Assembly: GCA_013265495.1 (NCBI GenBank)
Contig: MU058259.1
Coordinates: 266,437 to 330,436 of the forward strand
Direction of reading: 5' to 3'
Length of the DNA stretch: 64,000 nt
From: Vicugna vicugna
Taxonomy: Eukaryota
Every line of letters begins with the position of its first letter. Position 1 is the stretch's first letter. The translations under genes and the position numbers were made by a program. Shown here in pieces: positions 54,331 to 64,000 of this stretch. Under the pieces are notes generated by a model. It was not told the origin of the DNA. It did no database searches and saw nothing but the letters and a program-made list of their open reading frames with translations.

Positions 54331-54333
54331 GTA

Positions 54334-54682
54334 CAGTTGACCCTCTGTATCCGCAGGTTTCGCATCTTTGGATTAAACCAACTGTGGATGAAAGAAATAT
54401 TTGAAAAAAATTCCAGAAAGTTCCAAAAAGCAAAACTTGAATTTGCAGCACACTGGCAACTATTTACGTAGCATTTACATTGTATTTACAGCTATTTACA
54501 TAAACATCTGCATTGTGTTAGGTATTATAAGTAATTTAGAGATGATTTAAAGTAGATAGGAGGATGTGCATAAGTTATATGGAAATACTGTGCCATTTTA
54601 TGTAAGGGACTTGAGCATCTGCAGATGTTGGTATCCGCAGGGTTCCTGGAACCAGTCCCCCAGGAATACTAAGGGCCGACTT
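54334..54682 (-). mobile_element. MER2-type Tigger MITE (MER2B-like)
   Basis: Inverted ends cagttgaccctctgtatcc / gaatactaagggccgact with TA on both sides; gggacttgagcatctgcagatgttggtatcc. Confidence 0.85.
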
Positions 54683-55244
54683 AATTATCACCTTAATTAA
54701 CACCTGAGTGTTGAGCTCAGATCTATTGGAAAAGGGAGGAAGGATGCTCTTGGGAAATGAAGCCTTTCTCACTATCCTCAAATCATGGGAATCACTACTC
54801 AAAGCACAGGAACTTTCTTCTCTGATATTATTTTGGCTTTACTGTTGTAAATGATGGTGAAGGAATTCTCACACCTAGATTTAACATAACATGTTCTAGA
54901 AATGAATCCTGTCCAACTTAAGCTCACAGAGAAGGGTAAAAATTTGGGTTTGTTTCTCAAACAGTGAGCTGAGCCCCTGGCCAATGCACCAAGAGTAACC
55001 AGGGTCTCATTTGTGTGTGACACGTAACAGAAAATCAACAAAAACCATGTTGAATCCATTCATTGATCATTTCAGGCTCCTGTTGATCCACTAGCAACCT
55101 GCTTAAGATGTGATTGTTCGCTTCCATCCAATTGGCCATGATTTGTTTGTACAGAAATGATGATCTTGGCTAACCCCTTTGCTGAAATCTAGATACAGTC
55201 TGTGGCCTTTCCCTGGTTTAACAGTTTGATAGCCCTATCAAAAA

Positions 55245-56395
55245 AGTTAACTGGCATAAGCTAACAAAGCTTAAGTTTCAAGGCCCCCCACCTGTACAGG
55301 CCCCTTCCAGGACCTTGGAAGAGGCCCTAGCAATGTGTTCATATATCATGTATTTTCGCAAGATTTGCTAAAAATGAGATGTTCTGACCACAATCTACTA
55401 AGTCCTCTGTCTCAAGTTCTTCCCCTCTGTCATACTTCTCTTCAAGTCTGCTAGTGTTGAAGGAGCCATGGATATTTTTGAGATCAGGATGAGGGTAGTT
55501 TGAGATGGGGGTACACTTAGTTTTTTCTTAGTGGTAAATATTTATGTGGTTATGGTGACTTCTGTATATAGTTTATTTATTACTAGCCACCCCATTGTAA
55601 GGGTGTCTCTGAAATCCTTCTACTACCTACTGTGCCGACACATGCAGCATTGTGACACAAAGACTCAGGACACCATGCGACTCCTGTCCATAATGAGATA
55701 TCAACAGGACCTACAGCACTTAGTACCCGAGATATGTGGGTAGTGGATGAGGAAGGTTTAGAAGTGTTGAATGCTTGATGTTATAGACAACTCTTCGCAT
55801 CAACAGACACAAGTGGAAGATTCAGTTCTCATTGATGCCTAATCAAAATGAAAGTTCTTCTGACAGGGATATCCTGGATGTGTTGGGTTGAATAGTGTCC
55901 CCCAAAACTCAAGTCCACCTGGAACCTCAGAATGGGACCTTTATTGGAAATAGGGTGCTCACAGATATAATTAAGATGAGGTTAACTAATACAAAATATT
56001 ATCTTCTACTGATTTCTGTTTAGGATATTTGCCATATTTTTTTTTGAAACTTGCAATTTGTTGCAAGTTTTATCATTCTAAGTAAATATTTATGTTTGTG
56101 CTTGATTTTGCATTTGCTATTTTGTATGCTTTTTTTAAACATTTTTTATTGATTTATAATCATTTTACAATGTTGTGTCAAATTCCAGTGTTCAGCACAA
56201 TTTTTCAGTCATTCATGGACATATACACACTCATTGTCACATTTTTTTCTCTGTGAGTTATCATAACATTTTGTGTATATTTCCCTGTGCTATACAGTGT
56301 AATCTTGTTTATCTATTCTACAATTATGCTTTTTTAAACCATCTTCCTGCACCAAATTCTGTCAAGCTTCAGGCCCAAAAAAACCTGGTCCGTAC
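55245..56395. mobile_element. hAT-Tip100 element (Zaphod/MER115-like) with nested MLT1 (~55880-55985) and L1 fragments
   Basis: aagcttaagtttcaaggcccc...gaggccctagcaatgtgttca start; aagcttcaggccc...aaacctggtcc end. Confidence 0.6.
56136..56324 (-). mobile_element. Heavily 5'-truncated young L1, same subfamily as the one at 9003-10179
   Basis: Closely similar to ~9011-9195 (ttttttattgatttataatcattttacaatgttgtgtcaaattccagtgt...); TSD tatgctttttt at 56125-56135 and 56325-56335. Confidence 0.9.
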
Positions 56396-56591
56396 TTGGG
56401 CATGAAAAACTAACTAGTTTTTGCATCAGCATCTGTTCACAGCATGGTTTTCAGAAATCTACCAGCAAGTTAAGCCCTCTGGAAACTTATATCGTAAGTG
56501 AACCCAGTAGTCTCTAGATTTAACAGCTATCCTGCACAAACAGGATTTTCATGAGGTCGTGTAAATAGCTCGAAAATTGCTTGTGCTTCTT

Positions 56592-56814
56592 ATGGTTTCT
56601 CAACAGCAGTTCAAATGGCATCTTGGGTGGGATATAAGTTTAGTGTTCCAGACTGTTCCATGTGCTGCAGAATATTTGGCATCCCTGACCCCCCCACCCA
56701 CTAGATGCCAGCAACAGGCTCCCGTCTTTGACAATCAGAATCATCCTCAAACATCTCCAGCCTTCCCCTAGGCTTGTTGTTAGGGAGATGTACTGTCCCC
56801 ATTGAGAACTGCTG
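56592..56814 (-). mobile_element. MER20 hAT MITE
   Basis: ggtttctcaac...gcatccctg...acccactagatgccag...ttgagaactgctg. Confidence 0.7.
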
Positions 56815-57034
56815 CTATGGTAGATGGCCCTGAGATAGTCTTTGTAAATCCCATTTTATCAGATTAAAGTCAAATTAGAATGTAGCATGAGGGCATGGCC
56901 CCTTGCTCTATCTCACTTAAAGGGCAGACCCTCCCCAGCTCTTCCAAATCAGCCCCTCTCCCCCACAAGTGAGGGCTGGGAAGCATCTTGAAAAAGTTCC
57001 CTGTGTGATTCTGATACCCCTGAAATTTGAGAAC

Positions 57035-57252
57035 ACTAGTTCTCCAAAGATGGTGATTTTGTCCCCTGGGGACACTTGGCAGTGTCTGGAGACATTTTTG
57101 GTTGTCACAACAGGGGAGTGGGTGCTACTGGCATCTAGTGAGTGGAGGCCAGGGATGTTGCTGAACATCCTGCAACACATAGAACAGCTCCCCCTACAGC
57201 AAAGAATAATCCAGCCCAAAATATCAGTAGTACCAAGGGTTGAGAAACCCTG
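57035..57252 (+). mobile_element. MER20 hAT MITE
   Basis: ggggacacttggcagtgtctggagacatttttggttgtcacaac...gctactggcatctagtgagtggaggccagggatg...ggttgagaaaccctg. Confidence 0.9.
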
Positions 57253-58367
57253 ATCTAGACATTAGGTGGGTCCCTGAAATAGTCTAAGTCCCATTTTAAT
57301 AAATAAAGTTCTGTTTTAACAGCACTGAGAGACTTGGGTCCACCAAACTCTCTGGCTTTCAACCAGCTGACTTGCCTGAGAACCACAAGTAGTGTTCTTG
57401 GGGAATTCCTGTCATCCCCTGAATTGTTGGTAACCCTCTGGCTTTGCTCCCCATCCCTTTCCCTCATCTGTCAGGTTGCCCCAGCCCTTCTCAGATCCAA
57501 CATGGTTGGTCTGAGCCCCCGGGGAATCCTGGTCTCTCTTATCCTCTTTAGGTACATATGACACAGCCAGACTGTAAGCACTTACCAGACTATTTCTTGT
57601 TGGATATGCAGGAATCTTACATTTCCCAGCTTCCCTTGCAGTTAGCCATATGACTGAGTGCTGGCCCACGAAATGTGGGTAGAAGTGACACATGTCCTTT
57701 TCCTGGCTGGCTTGGCTCTGGGGTGGCTGGGAAGGCATCCAGAAGGGCCCTATAGAGGAAAGCCAACTGTAGCCTTGATGATGGCTGGTGAGCCCAGCAG
57801 AGGAGGTGCTGCCCAGGGCAGAGTGACCCCAGGGCGGAGGGCTGCAAGGTGAACCCCAGGCTGGGGGCCTAGGGGGTCCTAGTTGGACTTCAGGGTGATA
57901 CATAGCCCATATAAGAGCCAGGAGAGAAGGTGTGGGGTCCTGACTACCTGGGTCCTACAATTTTTCCAGCAGCAGAGACAGCAGAGTGAACAGGGGCAAA
58001 AGGACAGTGACATCATTGCTATTGAGGCCTGCAAGGATCCGAAGAATGTCACAAGGACATGATAGGTCTCTGACTCCCTGCCCACACCCCCATCCCTTGA
58101 GGATGCTGGGTGGAGCTCAAAAGGGGACTTTTCTCAGATTTTTTCCCCCAGTTTTTATTTCTAAAATTGTTAAACATTAAGAAAAGCTGAAGGAATAATG
58201 CAGTGATCACCTGTAAACTCTTCACCAAGTGTCACCTAACATTTCTCCTAGCATTATTCCATTATTTATGCTCTCTCCTTCTCCCTCTCCCTCTCTCCTT
58301 CCTCTTGCTAAAACATTTTAAGTAAGTAGCATAATGTGCATTATAATCCATTTCTGTCATTAGCCTT

Positions 58368-58983
58368 TGTAGTGGTTAATTTTATGTGTCAACTTGACTG
58401 GGCTAGGGATGCCAAGATACCTGATAAAATACTATTTCTGGAAGAAATTAGCATTTGAATCAATAGACTGAGTAAAGAAGACCCTTGTCACCAATGCTGG
58501 TGGGCATCATCCTTGAGGGCCTGAATAAAGCAAAAAGTTAAACGCAAGCTTGCTCTCTCTACATGAGGTGCGACACCCATCTTCTGCTCTCAGACGTCCA
58601 TTCTCCTGGTTCTTAGGCTTTTGGACTCAGACCAGGACTTACACCCTAGAACCTCCATGGTTCTCAGGCCTTCACTCTTGGGTTGAATTCCATCACCAGC
58701 TTTCCTGGGTCTCCAGCTTTCACATGGCAGATTGTTGGGCTTCTTGGTCTCCATAACCACATGGACCAGCTCCTACAATCAATCTCTTACTGATCTGTCT
58801 ATCTTTCCTATTGGTCTGTTTTTCTGGCTAACCCTGACTGATATGGATTTGGGTACTGAAAGTGGTTCTAGAGGAACAGAATTTTAAGGATGAGTTTTCT
58901 GAATTGGTTCTGGAATTTCTGGAATTAGCTTTCTAAGCTGATTAAAGATGCTAATGACTCTATTACTAGTAGTAAAGAGAGTG
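58368..58983 (+). mobile_element. MLT2 LTR plus start of ERVL internal sequence
   Basis: tgtagtggttaattttatgtgtcaacttgactgggcta LTR start; LTR ends near 58845 (aaccctgactgata), then gatttgggtactgaaagtggttctagaggaacagaattttaaggatgagttttc. Confidence 0.85.
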
Positions 58984-60524
58984 AATATAATTTTGTTACA
59001 TATTGCCAAACTCCCCTCCATAGTGGCTGTACTACCATTTTTCACTTTCACTAGCAGTATAGAAGAGGGCCTGTTTCCACACAGCCTTGCCAGCAGTGTG
59101 TTTTATCAAGCTTTTTGGATTTTAGCTCAATGGATGGGTGTGAAATGTCTCAGTGTAGTTTTAACTTGTGAGTGAGGTTGAGCGTATTTTCTTATATTTA
59201 AGAATTATTGTTCATATTCTTCTGTGGACTGTATTTGTCCATTTTTTAAAATTTGCTTTTGGTCTTTTTCTTCTTGATCTTTAAGAGCTCTTTATATATG
59301 TGAGGGAGAAAAAGCCTTTTTTAAACTGAAAAGGAAGTTTTAAAACTGGGGCAGATAAAGACATGATCAATTAAAAAGTCAAACTTGCTCTGCTGCTAAG
59401 CAGGAGGGAATATGACAATGATTAGGTCAAATACAGAAAAATAAGTAAGATGGTTTTTAATTTATTTTTTTTCCACATGGAAGTCTAGTGTGAACAGAGC
59501 TATGATACACTACATATGGCTCCAGAAGAATTTAAAATCAAATGTGCTTTCCCCCTGGACTTCCTGAAAGTGAGACCAGTTGCTGATATATGTAGCAAAT
59601 GTGCCAACCAGCTCCTTTCTTAAGAACATGATGATGATATGATCTCAGAAAGAAAACTCCCCAAAAAGAAGACACATTTCTGGTTTTTAGAGACGTTAAC
59701 TGGTGGCACGATTAGAGGATAGCTATTTGAGTATCTCAAAAGCCAGGTGTTTCATAACTAGCAGTAACACTCTCTTGGCCCTAATTTGAATTTGGGGGGT
59801 ATGTTTAAAGTAGAAAATAGCAATAGAAAAAGTGTGGAACTCAAACTATTGTCTCTAGATAAACATCTTGCAGCAATGATAACTTGAGAATGTTCTGAAT
59901 TCAGAGAGTTTGAATGCTCTCAGGCCGTGTCTGCACAGGCATTCTGTTTGATGGGAAATAAAGGGAGAGGAAAATAAATCAACCACTCTAAGGAGAGGCA
60001 GCTTGATTCTTTCCTTGAGTCTTTGCTGTGGCTGAGGTGTTCTCCAAGAGGAGAGGCGAGTGGGACAGGTCCTGGAGAGACTGATTCAAGCTCCCTTCTC
60101 CACCTTAGAAACGGATACCTCTGGAGACAGCCCTGCGAAACAGCCCTTGCAGGGATACTCAGCCGGCTGCCCAAGCCGACTCTGTCAGTGAGTGAGAGGA
60201 AATAGGAAGCAGGGAGTCCAGAGAGGGAATGATAACGGCACTTTCAATGGCAGGACTGACAAAACCTGACTGGAGTGGGATCAAAAAAGAGGTGAGCGAG
60301 TGAAGATGGCAAATGTAGACACCTCATTCTAGGGCTTTGGGTGAAAGGGGGAGTAGAACATTGGGGCAGACAGTGGCAGTGGATGTAAAGTTGAGGGAAG
60401 TACGTGTGCTTTTGAAGTTTTGAAGGCTTCACAGCATGTTTGTAAGCTAGTATCGTGTCCTCCAGGACAGAGGGGGCATTGGTGAGAGAAAGGCTGGGCT
60501 AAGTCCTTGAGGAGGCAAGTGCGT

Positions 60525-61460
60525 ACAACTGGCATCCTGGCCTGTGACCTGTGCAGGTGCCCAGGGCCCCATGCTCAGAAAGGCCTGTGCTCGGTTTAGG
60601 TCTGTCTTGTCACCGTCTTGAAATTCTTGATCATTTTAACCTTTGTAAATAGAGTCTAATGAAGCACAGGAGCATGTGCCAGGGGCTTGGAGCCTCGGCT
60701 CACACACAGCCCTGCCTCCTCCGTCTCCCTGGGATAGATTCTTAGACACCTGCTGACCTGTCCCCTGGTGCCCCAGGTCCCACCTGGCTTCCCACCCTGC
60801 CCACCCCAGTCCCTGCCTTGGATGGCAGAGGGGTCATGTTGCAGGGGAGAGGAAGAGGGGTCCCATTTTTTCTGTCTTCTTGCACTACCAGGAGGCCCTG
60901 GGGACTTGGTTTTGGAGCTCAGGCTCCCACACCCTGGGGAGTTTCAGGGCAGACTGGTGGTAGCCGTCTTGTCCTAGGGTTGGCATTGCCATGACATGTC
61001 CAGGCAGCTTAACAGAGGCTGCATCTTAGTGGGGACAGGCCTGTTACCCACTGCCAATCCAGGTACCTAGTGTGCCCTGGCGCACAGGTTTATATATTTG
61101 AGGGTCACCCATCTGCCTTGGATTGCAGAGACACACCCATAGGAAGCTGGGCTGGACGTCCTCAGAGCTTATCCCCATCTCAGTGCAGTGGGTCCACATG
61201 GTGGCTGTGGAAGGGGAAACCCAGCAGCCATCAGGCCAAAGTGTGTGGAGTCAAATTTATGCTAATAATTTAAACTGTTTTTCTCTTTACCTAGAACAAC
61301 ATTAAATAGCAAATAAAAGTACCATGACAAATCAAGAGAGAGACAGTGAGGAAGAAAGGAAAAAGCTTTATATCTGAGTACCTTTTCCTCTGATTTTCAA
61401 ACAAGGTGCCCATAATTTGTGGGGCCCACTTTACATTGGGCCCCACAAATTATGTATTGA
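60525..61460. mobile_element. MER45-type hAT-Tip100 element
   Basis: gacctgtgcaggtgcccagggccccatgctcagaa...gtcttgaaattctt start; tgggccccacaaattatgta end. Confidence 0.75.
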
Positions 61461-61847
61461 ATACCTACTCTATGCCAGGCACTGCACTAGATGTTTTTCA
61501 TGTCCGTGATCTCATCTGATTCTCCTGGTAATTCTGCCCTCATGACACTGCCCTTAGAGCCAAGGAAGAGCTTCCTTGAGTGAGCACGATGGTTAAGGAG
61601 GGACAGGAAATGAGGCAATATCTTGAGATGAGCCTTTATCTTAATATCAGCTCTTACCAACTCTAGTAGCCAGCTACTAATCTCCAAAGAGTTCTGTTTG
61701 TAAAATTTTTCTGTTAAAAAATGTATAAAGGCTCAGATTTTTGGAGCAGCAAGGGGATTTTGCAGGTGGCAAGGTGCTGCAAGATCCAGAACGTTAGATG
61801 TTCATAGTCAGAAGGGCAGGACGGCCTGATCTACCTTCCCTTCTCTC

Positions 61848-61900
61848 CAGTGGGATGCTGGGAATTGTTGAACAACCAGCTCTTAGTAAAAATTAAAAAT
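61848..61900. mobile_element. Terminal fragment of a MER63-like hAT MITE, cut at its A-run
   Basis: cagtgggatgctgggaattgttgaacaaccagctct resembles the recalled MER63 end cagtggtgtgctggtaaatgtttaacaaccggctct, followed by aaaaattaaaaat. Confidence 0.55.
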
Positions 61901-62126
61901 CTGGCCCGGCTGCTGGGCCTGGGAGAGGCCTGTGCTGCCCCAGGTCGCCGGACATGCCTGTCCCACTCAGCTTGCTGAGTGCGGAGTGGGGGCGGTGCCG
62001 TTAAGGTGCAGGGCCCACGGTGGTAGGGGGGCTGCCGCGCGGAAGCCGGTCATTTCGCTCCGCTCTCCCCCGCGGCAGAGCCAGGGGCGGCTTCTGCTGC
62101 CCTAGAGGCGGGACGCCGGTCTCCAG
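61901..62126 (+). promoter_or_regulatory. Short CpG-rich, first-exon-like segment forming the 5' end of the retrocopy
   Basis: About 19 CpGs in ~225 bp by hand count, in a CpG-poor window. GC boxes at 61988-61995 and 62084-62090; ETS-like cggaag at 62040-62045. Activity not shown. Confidence 0.45.
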
Positions 62127-63747
62127 GTGACATTTTAGGTTATTGGGTCACAGATTGCTGGCACACTCATCCCTGTTCTCAAACATCTTTTAAACTTGGG
62201 TGAAGTGATAAGTAGGGGAAGATGATTTACTGAAAGAGTCTCCCGAGAAGAGATTCAGACTGAACAGCTTTGTGTCAGACTTTGGAAGACCGCTGGTGCC
62301 CAAGGTGTTCTCTGGCAGGGCAATGACGAATCTAGGTCCCTCTTTCACTGCTACGTCAATGAAGTGGACCACTTGGACAAGGCCAAAGCTGGTATCTCAA
62401 CCATTGCCCTTGACAGTGATATTCGGCTCCAGGAAGCCATCAGATGCATCAGGTGGCCAGAGGAGGAGCCGAACAGGCTCATGAAATGTAACATCCCCAA
62501 CTTCATCAACACGGACCAGAACTCTTCCTTTGGGGAATATGATCTCCTGATTTTGGAACCACCGGTTGTTCTAGAAAATAAGGCAGTTGCCCAGACCTCA
62601 CACAAAGACTTGAATTGAGAAATGTGCTTTGTCAAGTGTCTTTCTGAAAATGTGAAGTCTGTCTTTGTATGGCAGGAAGTCCCCTTTCACAAAATTGTAC
62701 GTGTTTGTGTCTGAGAGAGAGAACTGGAGACAGACAGAAAGACGAAGAGACAGAAGAGAGCCCCCCTCAGAAGAGAGCTTGTTAAGGAGGAGGATCAATC
62801 CATGCTGCATTTTATGACAATCCTGTACCCAGGAATGCACGGACGGTTATCAGCTGAGTGAGGGGAGGTGCCTCTGTGTCCCCGTGTCCCTGTATCTCTG
62901 TCTGCTCTCAGTGCCCTGCCACCGGCTACTGAACAAGAAAAGTGCTATTCACCATGTTGTGTGTTTTCCAAATGTGTAGGTGATGGTCTTGTGGCTCGTG
63001 CGTGGGCTTTGATTTGGGATGGTGAAGGGCTTATAAATACCTCATCAACATGTATTCGAGGTGGCCTGGTGCCACACAGATTTGATTCATGAAGGCATCA
63101 AGCCTGCACACTGGTTTGGAAACAACTTGGTTTTGATCATTCACACTGCATGCATGACTCGCTGCTAATCTCTGGGTGGTTTTTTCATTTCAGATTTATT
63201 CACCCCATGTCTTGCTTAAGCTGAAAAATACATTTATTTCACCAGAATATTCTCTGATTCTTTGTTTACACACATCCAGTTTTTTTAATTCCTTTAAAAA
63301 TGATTCTGTGTTTATAATGCCTCCTAATTTCTATCATCTCTATGTTGCCAGTGGCCTGAGACATGCACCAGATTTGATGCCGGAACAGTTCCACCAAAAG
63401 AAATCCCTTTGCCGTAATATCTTTTGAGGAAAATATTATTCTTTAAGGCTCTAACAGTAAATCGTAGAAGAAAGCATGGAACATTTCTTGTAGTTAATAC
63501 ATGTTCATGCGAAAAGAAATGATATTTTCATTAAACAATGTTGATTTTAATAACTTTTACAAATGTGAATATTATTATTCATAATTTAAGTAACCAGATA
63601 AAACCACAGTTATTTATTATGAAGATTGAAAACTATTTATACGGTCTCTTAATTAGAAGTAGCTTTATTAGAAGACTGAAGGGTATTTAAAAGATGGAAA
63701 AATACCCATGATGACAGCATCATTTTTATTAACTAAATATCAAGAAC

Positions 63748-64000
63748 TGTGCAGGGTTAAGATTTAACCCTCTGCAAACTGCCAAGTTAGCATGAGGTAG
63801 TTTGTGGATGCTGCCAGAAGACAGGACACTCCCCCAGGATCAGAGACAAAGGACTTCCTGCCAGCACAGCAGGCAGCCTGTGGTTCATGTTCATGTTGGT
63901 TCCTGAGTTCCTTTCCTATTGCTTTTGTAACAAAGGACCACAGACTCAGTGGCTTAAAGCAATACACATTCATAGTCTCACTGTTCTAGGGTGCAGAAGT
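63748..64000. mobile_element. LTR fragments (ERV-like, then antisense MLT1 from ~63905)
   Basis: ggatgctgccagaagacaggacactcc...tcagagacaaaggact; tttcctattgcttttgtaacaaaggaccacagactcagtggcttaaagcaatacacatt. Confidence 0.6.

Larger units (their letters stand above)
61901..64000 (+). pseudogene. MRAP2: Probable retrocopy of melanocortin-2 receptor accessory protein 2 (C-terminal coding exon plus probable 3' UTR), frameshifted; 3' boundary not seen
   Basis: 62236-62313 encodes ESPEKRFRLNSFVSDFGRPLVPKVFS. After a 1-nt loss near 62314, 62316-62618 encodes QGNDESRSLFHCYVNEVDHLDKAKAG...IPNFINTDQNSSFGEYDLLILEPPVVLENKAVAQTSHKDLN*. Both match the recalled MRAP2 C-terminus (EKRFRMNSFVSDFGRPLEPDKVFSRQGNEESRSLFHCYINEVERLD...QTSHKDLD). 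No polypyrimidine acceptor upstream, and no N-terminal/TM exons seen in the window. Confidence 0.88.

Noticed and set aside
62109..62123. ggacgccggtctc resembling the RPL5 5' UTR
   Set aside because: Short GC-rich match with no flanking similarity; treated as coincidence.
62364..62618. 84-aa ORF as a functional MRAP2 CDS
   Set aside because: Its start is an internal GTG (Val), there is a frameshift just upstream, and no good splice acceptor or TM exon is present.

Overview
Mammalian genomic DNA, most likely camelid (a Vic-1-type tRNA-derived SINE at ~34.2 kb and two related young L1 3' ends). The window is repeat-rich and intergenic or intronic. I found no intact protein-coding exon, and almost all of the supplied ORFs are noise. 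Gene-derived sequence is limited to a processed RPL5 pseudogene (1-832, minus) and an unusual MRAP2 retrocopy (from ~61901, plus). In the retrocopy a CpG-rich leader is joined directly to the terminal coding exon, with no N-terminal or transmembrane exons. The most striking small-scale feature is a 25-bp insert at 31289-31313: the 5' end of tRNA-Leu plus 6 nt of apparent precursor leader, with no poly(A) tail and a perfect 18-bp target-site duplication. It lies in an L1 that lost nearly all of ORF2 and carries a short inverted piece at the deletion junction, and that L1 lies in an L2. Repeat family names come from recalled consensus sequences, not a database search, and most repeat boundaries are approximate.
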